A stretch of 64,000 nucleotides of DNA from an uncultured Bacteroidia bacterium (GCA_937922655.1 CALAJH010000024.1:60151-124150); one strand, 5' to 3'. Counted from the stretch's first letter, positions 35,794 to 45,780 are shown. Notes: generated by a model from the sequence alone, not told the origin. Made by a program: numbers and translations.

Positions 35794-36276
35794 TTAATCT
35801 TTGGCTATTGAATGTTCCTTGCGGATTTTTTGCTGAAGCTCCATTAGCGCATGAACCACGACTTCGGGTCGAGGCGGGCAACCCGGAACGTATATATCGA
35901 CGGGTAAAAAGTTGTCGGCCCCCTGTACCACGCCGTATACCCGGTGCATACCGCCCGTCGAGGCACACGCTCCCATGGCAATGCACCATTTCGGGTCGGG
36001 CATTTGGTCCCATATCCGCTTGATGGCGTGCGACATTTTATAGCTGCACCATCCCGCGACTATCATCACGTCCGCTTGACGAGGAGAAAATCGGAACACC
36101 TCGCTGCCGAAGCGCGAAACGTCCATGACCGGACCGGCAAACGCCATCATTTCAATGGCACAGCACGCCAGCCCCATCGGCATCGGCCACAAGGCGTTGG
36201 TCCGTGCCCAGTTGGTTATGGCGTCGACGGTCGAAAGTAAAAAACCGTTCTGAGCGAGCGCTTTTTCTATTCCCAT
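35794..36276 (-). CDS. nuoB: NADH-quinone oxidoreductase subunit B
   Basis: ...[15 protein letters not shown]..., ...[12 protein letters not shown]..., ...MGACASTGG..., ...[10 protein letters not shown]. All four N2-cluster Cys positions are present. Confidence 0.9.
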   Translation of the reverse strand: MGIEKALAQNGFLLSTVDAITNWARTNALWPMPMGLACCAIEMMAFAGPVMDVSRFGSEVFRFSPRQADVMIVAGWCSYKMSHAIKRIWDQMPDPKWCIAMGACASTGGMHRVYGVVQGADNFLPVDIYVPGCPPRPEVVVHALMELQQKIRKEHSIAKD

Positions 36277-36525
36277 GTCTTACAAACGCATTTTCGATTC
36301 GTAAAGTTACCATTTTTTTCAATTCGACAAATTTTTTTCGATTAAGCGATTATAAAACAAACCCTATTCGCTTTGAACGCCGTTCGACGCCGCGTCGTTT
36401 TGGTAGAAATAAAAAGAAATTATGCCGCACGATTGATTAAGCCGAAGCCAAAACTTTACCTTTTTCGCCCAAGCGGTTAAATCCATATGTTTAAATCGAT
36501 TATATTGCGGTCGTTTCGGCTTTTT

Positions 36526-36894
36526 ATGAAAAAAACAAGGTTGATGCTCGCGCTGTCCATGCTTTTGGGCGGCTGTTACTACGACAACGAAGAAGAATTA
36601 TACCCCTCCCCGACGACTTCGGGAGGCGACACGACGGTCGTCGTCAAATATTCGTCGGATATCGAGCCGTTGATAAACCAACATTGTTACGGTTGTCATT
36701 CCGCCGCGTCTTACCAAGCCGTCGGCAAGGTGAACTTGGAAGGCTACGCCAACGCCAAAAGCGCCGCGCAAAAGCCCAAGTTCGTACAATGCGTCCGATG
36801 GGAACAGGGATGCAACATGCCGCCGTCCGGACGCTTGCCCGCCGACCAACTCCAAAAAATCGAGCGCTGGATAAGCCAAAACTTCCCCGAGTAA
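36526..36894 (+). CDS. lipoprotein with a single c-type heme motif (Planctomycete-cytochrome-c-like)
   Basis: Lipobox LSMLLGGC. CYGCH heme-binding motif. ...CNMPPSGRLPADQLQKIERWI resembles the PSCyt1-type domain. Confidence 0.65.
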   Translation: MKKTRLMLALSMLLGGCYYDNEEELYPSPTTSGGDTTVVVKYSSDIEPLINQHCYGCHSAASYQAVGKVNLEGYANAKSAAQKPKFVQCVRWEQGCNMPPSGRLPADQLQKIERWISQNFPE

Positions 36895-36927
36895 CCCCCA
36901 AATCGCAATAGGTTGCGTACCTTGCAC

Positions 36928-36935
36928 TATATTTG
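36928..36935 (+). promoter_or_regulatory. -7 promoter box TATATTTG, 3 nt before ATG 36939
   Basis: Perfect TAnnTTTG. The spacing is very short, so it is uncertain. Confidence 0.3.
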
Positions 36936-36938
36936 CGT

Positions 36939-37703
36939 ATGTATTTTGCACCGGAAACATTTAAGGGCCGGTACGCGCTGGTCACCGGCGGGGGAAGCGG
37001 CATCGGTTACGGCATCGCCCGCGAACTGCTGAAACTCGGCGCAACGGTATATATCGGCTCGCGCAAGGCCGAACGCATCGCCGCCGCCGTTGAAACGCTC
37101 CAATCCTTCGGCGACTGTCGAGGGCTGGTTTTCGACATCCGCCAAATCGAACAGGTCGAGGCCGCCGCCGCCCAAATCGAACGCCTAGACATTCTTGTCA
37201 ACAACGCCGGCGGACAATTCCCCGGCCCCGCCCTGAGCTTTTCTCCCAACGGCTGGTTTTCCGTCATCAACAACAACCTCAACGGCACGTTTTACGTCAC
37301 GCAAACGATGGCCAAAAAATTCTTTGTACCGCAAAAACGAGGCGTGGTCGTAAATATTATCGCCAACATTTACCGCGGATTTCCGGGTATGGCGCATACG
37401 GGCGCGGCCAGAGCCGGCGTCGACAACTTAACCAAAAGTTTGGCCGTCGAATGGGCGCCGCTCAACATCCGTGTCAACGCCGTCGCCCCCGGCATCATCG
37501 ACTCCTCGGGACTCGACCAATACCCCGAAGACCTGCGCAAAATAATTGACGACAGCATTCCCGTCAAACGACGCGGAACGGTCGAAGAGGTCGTTTGGCC
37601 GACGCTGTTTTTGGCTTCGGAAATGGCGAGTTACATCACGGGCGCGACCTTGAACGTCGACGGCGCCCAAAGCCTGTGGGGCAGTATGTGGCAAATCGCT
37701 TAA
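36939..37703 (+). CDS. SDR-family oxidoreductase (enoyl/dienoyl-CoA reductase-like)
   Basis: ALVTGGGSGIGYGIA cofactor motif, NNAG, and a later YxxxK-like region. Confidence 0.85.
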   Translation: MYFAPETFKGRYALVTGGGSGIGYGIARELLKLGATVYIGSRKAERIAAAVETLQSFGDCRGLVFDIRQIEQVEAAAAQIERLDILVNNAGGQFPGPALSFSPNGWFSVINNNLNGTFYVTQTMAKKFFVPQKRGVVVNIIANIYRGFPGMAHTGAARAGVDNLTKSLAVEWAPLNIRVNAVAPGIIDSSGLDQYPEDLRKIIDDSIPVKRRGTVEEVVWPTLFLASEMASYITGATLNVDGAQSLWGSMWQIA

Positions 37704-37743
37704 CGGACTCGCAAAAAAATTTCGACATTAACGACGGCAGGGG

Positions 37744-40110
37744 ATGGAGGAGACTTTGGAGGCACGCATCGAGCGTTTGGAACGCAAAATCCCGGTTTTG
37801 GAGGCGGAACTGAACGAAAGCCTTCGGGAACTACGGGCGATACGCGCGGAACTGGACGGCCAACGGCCGGCAACACGCAAAATGCGTAATTCTTGGGGGC
37901 GTTTGGTCGAAACCGTTCCCGCAACCAAACGGGAAACGCCGAACGAAGAAGGGATGCACGCCGAAAAGCCGTCTTTACAGTCCCCGCCGCCAGCCGAACG
38001 TCCGGCCTTCGGCGCCGGCATGGAGTCCTACATCGGCGGCAACCTCGTCAGCAAAATCGGCGTCGTTTTGGTTTTGGCGGGCTTGGCGGTGTTCGTCAAA
38101 TACGCCGTGGACAACGCATGGCTCGGACCCTTGGCCCGTATTGCTTTGAGTTACACCGCCGCCGGCGGGCTGATTTTCGCCGCGTGGCGGACGATAGACA
38201 AATACAAAACGTTCGGCTCGGTGTTGTTTGCCGGCGGCACGGCCGCCGCTTATTTCACCACCTACGCCGCATACGATTGGTTCGACGTCGCGTACATCCC
38301 GCGCATGCCGGCCTTTGGGATTATGGCCGGCTTGACGGTCTTTGCCGTCACCGCCGCCGCCAAGTACAAACAAGAGGCCATCGGCCTTTTCGGCATGGTC
38401 GGCGCCTACGTCGTTCCCTTTCTGCTTTCCGACGGCTCGCGCAACTTTACCGGACTGCTTTCCTATTACGCCGTCGTCAATGCGGGCATGCTCGCCGCCG
38501 CCTACTTCAACGATTGGCGAACGTCCGTTTGGGTGGCGACGACCGCCACTTGGCTGACCCAAACATCGATTTACGCCTTCTATTACAACGAAGACGGTTT
38601 CCCCGACGGCGCCGTCTTTGGCTTTTCCGTTTATTTTTTTCTGTTGTTTTACGCGGCCATTCTAGTCCACAAAGTGTTTCGGCACGCTAAAATCGGCGCC
38701 GGAGACGTGTTTTTTATCCTATTCAATACGGCGGTGTTTTTCGTTTTCGGTTTGATTGAGCTGAAAACCAGTTTTGGGGTCGGACGTTGGGGACAAGGAC
38801 TGTTCGCCGTCGGGGTGGGGCTGTTGCAATGCGCCATCGGCTACGCGATTTATCAACGCCGCATGACCGACCCCAAAATCGAACCGACGCTCTATCTTTT
38901 GGCGGCGGGATTGGGCGCGGCCGGCCTGACGACGGCCGTTCCCGTGACGCTCAAAGGCACGTGGATAACGCTCTTGTGGTCGGCGGAGGCGGTGGCGCTC
39001 TTTACGTTGGCCGGCGCAACGGGATTGCGATTTTTTTCTCGTTTGGGATTGGCGGTTCTGCTCTTGGCGACGATTTCGCTTTGGATAGACTTGGAATCGG
39101 GCTATTACGTCGGCGCGGAGCTTGTCTTTCTGTTCAATCGCTTGTTTTTGACGTCTTTGGCATACGTGGCGGCGCTGTTTGCGTCGTTGGCGGTGTTGCA
39201 CTTTTACGTCAAAGACGAGGCCGTCGAGGGGCAAACGATATTTGGCGGAGCGACGGCGGATAAAATCCGGCGAGGCATCTCCGAATTTGAAAAGATACTC
39301 AAAAACGTTTTGCCCGTATGGGGGGCGGTCGCAATGTACGCCGTACTTATGGCGGAAATTGCAGGGTATTTCAACGTCCGTTACGATGAGTTTTTCAAGC
39401 GCTTCGGCCATGCATACGACGCTTATCAAGCCGGGGTTTTGGCGGCGTTTACCTTTGCTTATTTGGCGGCGTTTATGACGGCGGCGGACAAGGCCCTGCC
39501 CTTTGCCTCGCTGAGGCTTGCGTTATGGTCGGCGCTGCCGGCGGTTGTGGCATTCGCCGCGTTTCCCGTGTTGTTTTTTTTGTATAAAACGGATTTGGAC
39601 TACCGTTTGGGAATCAATCCCGTGGCGTTGGAATATTTCGGCGTACTGCGTTGGACGTTCGGACTGTGCTTGGGAGCCTTGCTTTTCGCCGGTTGGCGGC
39701 GCTTCAAGGCCTTCGCCCGAGAATACGAATTTATTGCCCGCACCCGTCCGTGGCTGGTCGTGCTAAGCCACACAATCGTCTTATTCTTTTTTTCCACCGA
39801 ACTGGTGCGTTGGTTCGTGACCCCCGAAAACGCCGACGAAATGCTCGAACTCGTGCAAAAAGTAGGATATTCCCTGCTTTGGGGCGGTTACGCCTTGGGG
39901 TTGTTGGCGGCGGGTTTTGCCTTTAAGGATAAAATTATGCGTTTTCTGGGTATAGCGATTGCCGGGGTCACGCTGGCAAAACTCGTCGTTTACGACCTTG
40001 AAAATCTGCCGACCGTATATCGTATTATCGCCTTTATCCTCATCGGCGCGGTTTTCCTGCTCATTTCCTATCTTTATCAACGCTACGGAAAAGACCTCAA
40101 AGACGATTAA
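37744..40110 (+). CDS. large polytopic membrane protein, DUF2339-like
   Basis: N-terminal coiled coil (LEARIERLERKIPVLEAELNESLRELRAIRAEL) followed by more than 20 hydrophobic helices. The family assignment is from memory only. Confidence 0.6.
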   Translation: MEETLEARIERLERKIPVLEAELNESLRELRAIRAELDGQRPATRKMRNSWGRLVETVPATKRETPNEEGMHAEKPSLQSPPPAERPAFGAGMESYIGGNLVSKIGVVLVLAGLAVFVKYAVDNAWLGPLARIALSYTAAGGLIFAAWRTIDKYKTFGSVLFAGGTAAAYFTTYAAYDWFDVAYIPRMPAFGIMAGLTVFAVTAAAKYKQEAIGLFGMVGAYVVPFLLSDGSRNFTGLLSYYAVVNAGMLAAAYFNDWRTSVWVATTATWLTQTSIYAFYYNEDGFPDGAVFGFSVYFFLLFYAAILVHKVFRHAKIGAGDVFFILFNTAVFFVFGLIELKTSFGVGRWGQGLFAVGVGLLQCAIGYAIYQRRMTDPKIEPTLYLLAAGLGAAGLTTAVPVTLKGTWITLLWSAEAVALFTLAGATGLRFFSRLGLAVLLLATISLWIDLESGYYVGAELVFLFNRLFLTSLAYVAALFASLAVLHFYVKDEAVEGQTIFGGATADKIRRGISEFEKILKNVLPVWGAVAMYAVLMAEIAGYFNVRYDEFFKRFGHAYDAYQAGVLAAFTFAYLAAFMTAADKALPFASLRLALWSALPAVVAFAAFPVLFFLYKTDLDYRLGINPVALEYFGVLRWTFGLCLGALLFAGWRRFKAFAREYEFIARTRPWLVVLSHTIVLFFFSTELVRWFVTPENADEMLELVQKVGYSLLWGGYALGLLAAGFAFKDKIMRFLGIAIAGVTLAKLVVYDLENLPTVYRIIAFILIGAVFLLISYLYQRYGKDLKDD

Positions 40111-40209
40111 CGCCCATCGGTGCGGCCGGCCCATCCCGTTCGCGCAAAAAACAAAAGGCCCCACGCGTTGTATTTTTTGTATGCCCTGCGGCCGCATTCC
40201 AAAAATGCT

Positions 40210-40217
40210 TAACTTTG
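40210..40217 (+). promoter_or_regulatory. -7 promoter box TAACTTTG upstream of the DUF3098-epimerase-lhgO operon
   Basis: Perfect TAnnTTTG, 71 nt before ATG 40289. Confidence 0.35.
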
Positions 40218-40288
40218 CATGTCCCCGCCGATAATTTTCAGACCCTTCCGTCAAAATCTGAAAAATCCGGGGACCGACATTAGACCTC

Positions 40289-40573
40289 ATGGCAAAAACA
40301 TCATATCCTCAGCCGCCGCCGAAGTTGTCGGAGGCGACGGAAACCGTTGGCCGCAGCCCCGAGCGTTTGCCGTTCGGACCCAAAAATTACAAACTCATGG
40401 CCGTTGGGGTGGCGATTTTGGTTTTGGGCTACGTTTTGTTGGGCATGGAAAAGTTCAAGGACGTAGAGGAGGGATTTTCCATTGCTTTGCACGTGGCGCC
40501 GGTCGTTATTTTGGCGGGTTACGCCGAAATCATTTACGCCATTATGGTCAGGGACAAAGCGGGCGAACGATGA
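40289..40573 (+). CDS. small two-TM protein, DUF3098-like
   Basis: ...LPFGPKNYKLMAVGVAILVLGYVLLG...HVAPVVILAGYAEIIYAIM. The stop overlaps the next ATG (ATGA). Confidence 0.55.
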   Translation: MAKTSYPQPPPKLSEATETVGRSPERLPFGPKNYKLMAVGVAILVLGYVLLGMEKFKDVEEGFSIALHVAPVVILAGYAEIIYAIMVRDKAGER

Positions 40574-41568
40574 AAGTACTTATTACGGGCGGCGCGGGGT
40601 TCATCGGTTCGCGGCTGGCGGAGCTTTTGCATTCACACGGCGACGAAATCACGGTTCTGGACAATCTTTCCACGGGTCGCAAAGAAAACCTTGCCGGTCT
40701 CGAAGGCAAAACGGGCTTTCGTTTCGTTTTGGGCAACGTCGCCGACCGTTCGACCGTCGAGCCTTTGGTCGCGCAAGCCGAACACGTCTATCACTTGGCC
40801 GCGCCCGTGGGGGTCAAACGCATCATGGACCATCCCGTGCTGACAATCTTGGACAACGTGCGCGGCGCCGACGTCATGACCGAAACCGCCCATAAATACG
40901 GCGCCAAAATGCTCGTCGCCTCGACGTCCGAGGTCTACGGTCGTTCGCTCGACCTGCTCGACCCCACCGGCACCCGCAAACTCGCCGAAGAAGATTACCG
41001 CATCGAAGGCAGTACGCAAAATCACCGTTGGGCCTACGCCAACACCAAAGCCCTCGACGAATTTTTAGCCCTCGCCTATTATAAAGAGTTCGGTTTTCAA
41101 ACGGTCATCGTCCGGTTTTTCAACACCGTCGGCCCGCGTCAGCTTTCCGATTACGGCATGGTCATTCCCAACTTCGTGCGCCGGGCCTTGCGCAAAGAAC
41201 CGATTGAAATTTACGGCACGGGAGAACAAAAACGCAGTTTTCTGCACGTCAACGACGCGATTCGGGCCGTCGTCGCGCTGATGAACGAACCCGCGGCCGT
41301 TGGGCAGGTATTTAATTTGGGCAATCCCGAAGAGATAACGATAAACGAATTGGCACGCAAGGTTATGGCCGTTGCGGGTTCCGACGTTCCGCCCGTGTAC
41401 AAGGACTATCAAAGCGCTTACGGCAAAGGCTTCGAGGACATGAACCGAAGAACGGCGGACATTACCAAAATTCGCGCCGCCATCGGTTTTGAAATCACCT
41501 ATTCCATCGAAGAAATCATCGCCGACGTCGTCGAATACGAACGCAGCGTCGTGTATGCCAACGTTTGA
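40570..41568 (+). CDS. NAD-dependent epimerase/dehydratase (UDP-sugar decarboxylase-like)
   Basis: MKVLITGGAGFIGSRL..., ...STSEVYG..., ...YANTKALDE (YxxxK). Confidence 0.88.
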   Translation: MKVLITGGAGFIGSRLAELLHSHGDEITVLDNLSTGRKENLAGLEGKTGFRFVLGNVADRSTVEPLVAQAEHVYHLAAPVGVKRIMDHPVLTILDNVRGADVMTETAHKYGAKMLVASTSEVYGRSLDLLDPTGTRKLAEEDYRIEGSTQNHRWAYANTKALDEFLALAYYKEFGFQTVIVRFFNTVGPRQLSDYGMVIPNFVRRALRKEPIEIYGTGEQKRSFLHVNDAIRAVVALMNEPAAVGQVFNLGNPEEITINELARKVMAVAGSDVPPVYKDYQSAYGKGFEDMNRRTADITKIRAAIGFEITYSIEEIIADVVEYERSVVYANV

Positions 41569-42745
41569 CGTCGGCATCGTGGGCGGCGGATGCGTCGGTT
41601 TGGCCACGGCCTATCAGCTTCGCGACGCGGGATTAAAAATCATAGTCTGGGAAAAAGAGGCCGAACCCGCCTTTCACCAAACGGGACGCAATTCGGGCGT
41701 GATGCACTCCGGCATTTATTACAAGCCCGGTTCGTTGAAAGCCTTAAACTGCATCGGCGGAAGGGAGGAATGGGTCGCCTTTGCCCAAGCACACGGCGTC
41801 GCCCACGAGGTTTGCGGTAAAATCGTCGTCGCGGCGGACGAAACGGAAATTCCGGGGCTGGAAAAGATATACCGCCGCGCCCACGAAAACGGGCTGACCC
41901 TTAGCCGTAAAATTACGCCCGAAGAAATCCGCGAAATCGAACCCGAATGCGCCGGCGTTGCCGGAATTTTCGTACCCTATACCGGCATCATCGATTATCG
42001 GGCCGCCTGCGTGAAAATGACCGAAATTTTGCGGCAAAAAGGCCATAAGGTAATCTTCGGGGCGCCCGTCAAGGCCTTGAAGCGTCAAACCGACGGCTAC
42101 GCCGTTCACGCGGGCAACGAAACTTATCGTGTAGGCCGACTGGCCGCGTGTGCCGGACTTTGGGCCGACAAAATCGCCCGAATGGACGGCCTTAATCCCG
42201 AGGCACGCATCGTCGCCTTTCGCGGAGACTATTACCGGCTGCTCGTTCCCAAAGTTCGTCATCTGATTTATCCGGTTCCGGACCCCGATTTTCCTTTTTT
42301 GGGCGTGCATTTCACCCGCATGACCAACGGCGAAACAGAGTGCGGACCGAACGCCGTATTTTCCTTTAAACGCGAAGGCTATTCGCGCAGCTCGTTTTCG
42401 TTTTCCGACGCTTGGAACGCCTTGTCGTTTTCCGGCACGCGACGCTTTTTCGCCCAATATTGGCAAAAAGGACTCCGCGAATATCAAAGGGCGTTTTCCC
42501 AAAAGCTTTTCCACAAAACCCTTCGAAGGTTGGTGCCAAGTTTGCAAGCCAACGAATTGGCGCCGGCGCGTTCGGGCGTTCGGGCCTTGGCCTTGGCCCC
42601 CAACGGCGAACTCTTGGACGACTTCGTTTTCATCGAAACCGAACGCAGCGTACACGTGCTCAACGCCCCTTCGCCCGCCGCCACCGCCGCTTTGGCCATC
42701 GGCAGGCAAATCGCCGAAAAAATTCTAAACAAAACAAATTCATAA
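41555..42745 (+). CDS. lhgO: L-2-hydroxyglutarate oxidase-like FAD oxidoreductase
   Basis: DVGIVGGGCVGLATAY dinucleotide motif and ...GRNSGVMHSGIYYKPGSLKA..., typical of LhgO. Confidence 0.75.
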   Translation: MPTFDVGIVGGGCVGLATAYQLRDAGLKIIVWEKEAEPAFHQTGRNSGVMHSGIYYKPGSLKALNCIGGREEWVAFAQAHGVAHEVCGKIVVAADETEIPGLEKIYRRAHENGLTLSRKITPEEIREIEPECAGVAGIFVPYTGIIDYRAACVKMTEILRQKGHKVIFGAPVKALKRQTDGYAVHAGNETYRVGRLAACAGLWADKIARMDGLNPEARIVAFRGDYYRLLVPKVRHLIYPVPDPDFPFLGVHFTRMTNGETECGPNAVFSFKREGYSRSSFSFSDAWNALSFSGTRRFFAQYWQKGLREYQRAFSQKLFHKTLRRLVPSLQANELAPARSGVRALALAPNGELLDDFVFIETERSVHVLNAPSPAATAALAIGRQIAEKILNKTNS

Positions 42746-42894
42746 AATTTTTTGGGTCAAGACAACAAAACGCCCGCGTTGGAAGCCGCTCCCGGCGCAC
42801 GAAAACGTTTGCCGTTCGATTTTGCGCGCGTTGGCGACAAGCGTCGCGGCGGCAATTTGAAAACCCGTTTCGTTTTACGTATCAAATCTTGTCG

Positions 42895-42902
42895 TAACTT
42901 TG
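42895..42902 (+). promoter_or_regulatory. -7 promoter box TAACTTTG, 7 nt before the ALDH ATG
   Basis: Perfect TAnnTTTG. Confidence 0.4.
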
Positions 42903-42909
42903 TCGTGCT

Positions 42910-44478
42910 ATGGGCAACATCACAAAAATCGACGAAACGCAAAATCTGCTTGCGAAGTTTTGGCAACGCTCGGAATTGACGGCGGGCAAGGAATTTCCGG
43001 CGTTGTCGGACGGTTTGCGATTTTTTCCGGGTACGTCGGAAGAAGTCGTGGTCTCGTCGTCGCCGGCGGACGGGACGGCGTTGGGAAAAATTCGTTTGGC
43101 AAGCGTGGCGGACTATTCGGCGATGGTCGAAACCGCGCGCTCGGCCTTTGATTTTTGGAAAAACGTTCCCGCGCCGCGTCGTGGAGAAATCGTTCGGCAA
43201 ATCGGCGACGCCTTCCGCAAACACAAAGTCGAACTTGGCGCGCTCGTCAGCCTTGAAATGGGCAAAATTTATCAGGAGGGTTTGGGGGAAGTCCAAGAAA
43301 TCATTGACGTTTGCGACTTTGCCGTCGGGCTTTCGCGCCAACTTTACGGTTTGACCATGACCAGCGAACGTCCCGAACACCGACTTTACGAGCAGTGGCA
43401 TCCGTTGGGGGTGGTCGGCATCATTTCGGCGTTCAATTTTCCGGTGGCGGTGTGGTCTTGGAACGCAATGATAGCGGCGGTGTGCGGCAACGTTTCGATA
43501 TGGAAGCCGAGCGAAAAAACGCCGTTGTGCGCCGTGGCGTGCATGAACATCGTCCACGAGGTGTTCGCGGCCAACGATTTGCCCGCCGGCATCATGACCC
43601 TTGCCGCCGGCAACGCCGAGGTGGGCAAGGCCATGGCCGCCGACGAACGCGTCGGCTTGGTTTCGGCCACGGGTTCGACGCGCATGGGCCGTTCCGTCGC
43701 CCAAGCCGTCGCCGCCCGATTCGGAAAATCCCTGCTCGAACTCGGCGGCAACAACGCCGTTATTCTCACTCCGTCGGCCAACCTCGACCTTGCCTTGCAA
43801 GCCGTAACCTTCGCCGCCGTCGGCACCTGCGGACAACGTTGCACCACCACCCGCCGGCTTATCGTCCACCGTTCGCTTATCGAAGAGGTCGAGCGGCGTT
43901 TGGTCGACATTTATTCCCAAATATCGAAACGCATCGGCCATCCGTTGAACCCCGATACGTTGGTCGGTCCGTTGATTGATTCGGCGGCGGTCGAACAGAT
44001 GCAGGCCGCACTCCGAAGCGTGGTCGAAGAAGGAGGACAAATTCTTTTCGGGGGTCAAAAACACGAATCTTTGGGCGGAAACTACGTGGTTCCGGCCATC
44101 GTGCGCGCGAGCAACGACATGCCCACCGTCCAAAAAGAAACCTTTGCGCCCATTCTTTACCTCATGCCCTACGACACGCTCGACGAAGCCATCGCCTACA
44201 ACAACGCCGTTCCCCAAGGGTTGTCGTCGGCGGTGTTTACCAACGATTTGCGCGAATCGGAACGTTTTTTGAGCGCTTCGGGCAGTGATTGCGGCATTGC
44301 CAACGTCAATATCGGCACCTCGGGCGCGGAAATCGGCGGGGCCTTCGGCGGTGAAAAAGAAACCGGCGGCGGACGCGAATCCGGCTCCGACGCATGGAAA
44401 GCGTATATGCGCCGCCAAACCGTTACCGTCAACTACGGTTCGACCCTCACCCTCGCGCAGGGCGTCAAGTTCGAATAG
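42910..44478 (+). CDS. aldehyde dehydrogenase, ALDH7 / piperideine-6-carboxylate dehydrogenase-like
   Basis: ...ISAFNFPVAVWSWNAMIAAVCGN..., ...ELGGNNA..., ...GTCGQRCTT (catalytic Cys), ...EKETGGGRESGSDAWK. Confidence 0.88.
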   Translation: MGNITKIDETQNLLAKFWQRSELTAGKEFPALSDGLRFFPGTSEEVVVSSSPADGTALGKIRLASVADYSAMVETARSAFDFWKNVPAPRRGEIVRQIGDAFRKHKVELGALVSLEMGKIYQEGLGEVQEIIDVCDFAVGLSRQLYGLTMTSERPEHRLYEQWHPLGVVGIISAFNFPVAVWSWNAMIAAVCGNVSIWKPSEKTPLCAVACMNIVHEVFAANDLPAGIMTLAAGNAEVGKAMAADERVGLVSATGSTRMGRSVAQAVAARFGKSLLELGGNNAVILTPSANLDLALQAVTFAAVGTCGQRCTTTRRLIVHRSLIEEVERRLVDIYSQISKRIGHPLNPDTLVGPLIDSAAVEQMQAALRSVVEEGGQILFGGQKHESLGGNYVVPAIVRASNDMPTVQKETFAPILYLMPYDTLDEAIAYNNAVPQGLSSAVFTNDLRESERFLSASGSDCGIANVNIGTSGAEIGGAFGGEKETGGGRESGSDAWKAYMRRQTVTVNYGSTLTLAQGVKFE

Positions 44479-44480
44479 AT

Positions 44481-45620
44481 TTGGCCCGAAAAATTAAGAT
44501 ATTCAACGACCCCGTCCACGGATTTATCGAAATTCCGCACGAGGCGTACATCGCTTACATCGACCACCCGTACTTTCAGCGCCTGCGCCGAATACGTCAG
44601 TTGGGGATGGCGCCCATGGTTTATCCGGGCGGGACGCAAACGCGTTTCGGTCATTCGATGGGGGCCTTTCATTTGACGGGGCTGGCCATGGACGTCCTCA
44701 AAGCCAAAGGCGCGAAAATCGAGGCCGAGGAGGAGGCCGCGGTGCGCAAGGCCGTGTTGTTGCACGACGTCGGCCACAGCCCCTATTCCCACGCCCTCGA
44801 AGGACTCTTGATTCCGGGCGTAAATCACGAAGCGATTACCCGAAAACTTATCGAGCGCATCGGCGCCGACGAACTCGTTTTGCAAATGTTCGACGGCGCC
44901 TATCCCCGCAAGTTTTTTAGACGACTGATTTCCGGACAGCTGGACATGGACCGCATGGACTACCTGCTGCGCGACGCCTACTACACGGGCGTACGCGAGG
45001 GCGTTTTCGGGGCCGACCGCATTATCAAAACCCTCGTCTTGGAAAACGACGTTTTGGCCGTCGAAGAAAAGGGCGTGCTTTCGGTGGAAAAATTTTTGGT
45101 CGCCCGCCGGCTGATGTATTGGCAGGTCTATTTCCACAAAACGTGCTTGGCCGCCGAAACCATGCTTCGACTCATATTCCGGCGGGCGCGGGAAATTCAC
45201 GACGGTTTGCGAAACTGCCCCCCCGCTTTGGCCTATCTTTTGGCTTTACCCGAAAACGCGCCGCTCGACGACAAAACGCTCGACGTTTTTATGCAAACCG
45301 ACGATTCCGACGTACAATACGCCCTCAAATTGTGGCGCCACGAACCCGACCCCGTACTTTCCACCCTCTGCCAAATGCTCTACGCGCGAAGACTGTTCAA
45401 ATCGGTGCGCGTCGAGGAGATAGGGCAAGAATCGTCGTATTTTTGCGTTTATCAAACCGTTTCCAACGCCGCCTATTCCGAAGACGAAATCCGAATCCTA
45501 ACCAAATCCGGGGAAATCAAGCCGTTTTCGAAAGTTTCCGACCTTTTTTCGACTTTTGGGCAAAAAATATACAAAACCTATAAAATTTACGCTCCCGATG
45601 AAGCAAACATTGTGGATTGA
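44481..45620 (+). CDS. HD-domain phosphohydrolase (dNTPase/SAMHD1-like family)
   Basis: ...IFNDPVHGFIEIP..., ...RFGHSMGAFHL..., ...LLHDVGHSPYSHALE..., ...DMDRMDYLLRD. Likely TTG start 3 nt after the ALDH stop; no ATG is available. Confidence 0.8.
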   Translation: MARKIKIFNDPVHGFIEIPHEAYIAYIDHPYFQRLRRIRQLGMAPMVYPGGTQTRFGHSMGAFHLTGLAMDVLKAKGAKIEAEEEAAVRKAVLLHDVGHSPYSHALEGLLIPGVNHEAITRKLIERIGADELVLQMFDGAYPRKFFRRLISGQLDMDRMDYLLRDAYYTGVREGVFGADRIIKTLVLENDVLAVEEKGVLSVEKFLVARRLMYWQVYFHKTCLAAETMLRLIFRRAREIHDGLRNCPPALAYLLALPENAPLDDKTLDVFMQTDDSDVQYALKLWRHEPDPVLSTLCQMLYARRLFKSVRVEEIGQESSYFCVYQTVSNAAYSEDEIRILTKSGEIKPFSKVSDLFSTFGQKIYKTYKIYAPDEANIVD

Positions 45621-45625
45621 TTTTA

Positions 45626-45657
45626 TTTGCTACGGATGTTAATTTGCCTTACATTTG
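45626..45657 (+). promoter_or_regulatory. promoter TTTG-N20-TACATTTG for STAS-purA
   Basis: Both consensus elements at consensus spacing. About 120 nt upstream of ATG 45781. Confidence 0.5.
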
Positions 45658-45780
45658 CGTCGTACAAGGCGCGATTCGGCACGTTCAAGCCTGTTTTTTA
45701 TTTGGAGGTATTACGGGGCGTGCAATGGATTGAGCGGTAGGCGAAAACGTGCCGCCCCTTGTCCGAATCAATCAAATTCA

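Noticed and set aside
42757-44418. 553-aa ORF antisense to the aldehyde dehydrogenase gene
   Set aside because: Its translation is Arg/Gly/Val-rich with no motif I recognise, while the + strand carries unmistakable ALDH motifs. It is the codon-aligned antisense frame, which stays open whenever the sense gene avoids TTA/CTA/TCA codons. That is the case throughout this window.
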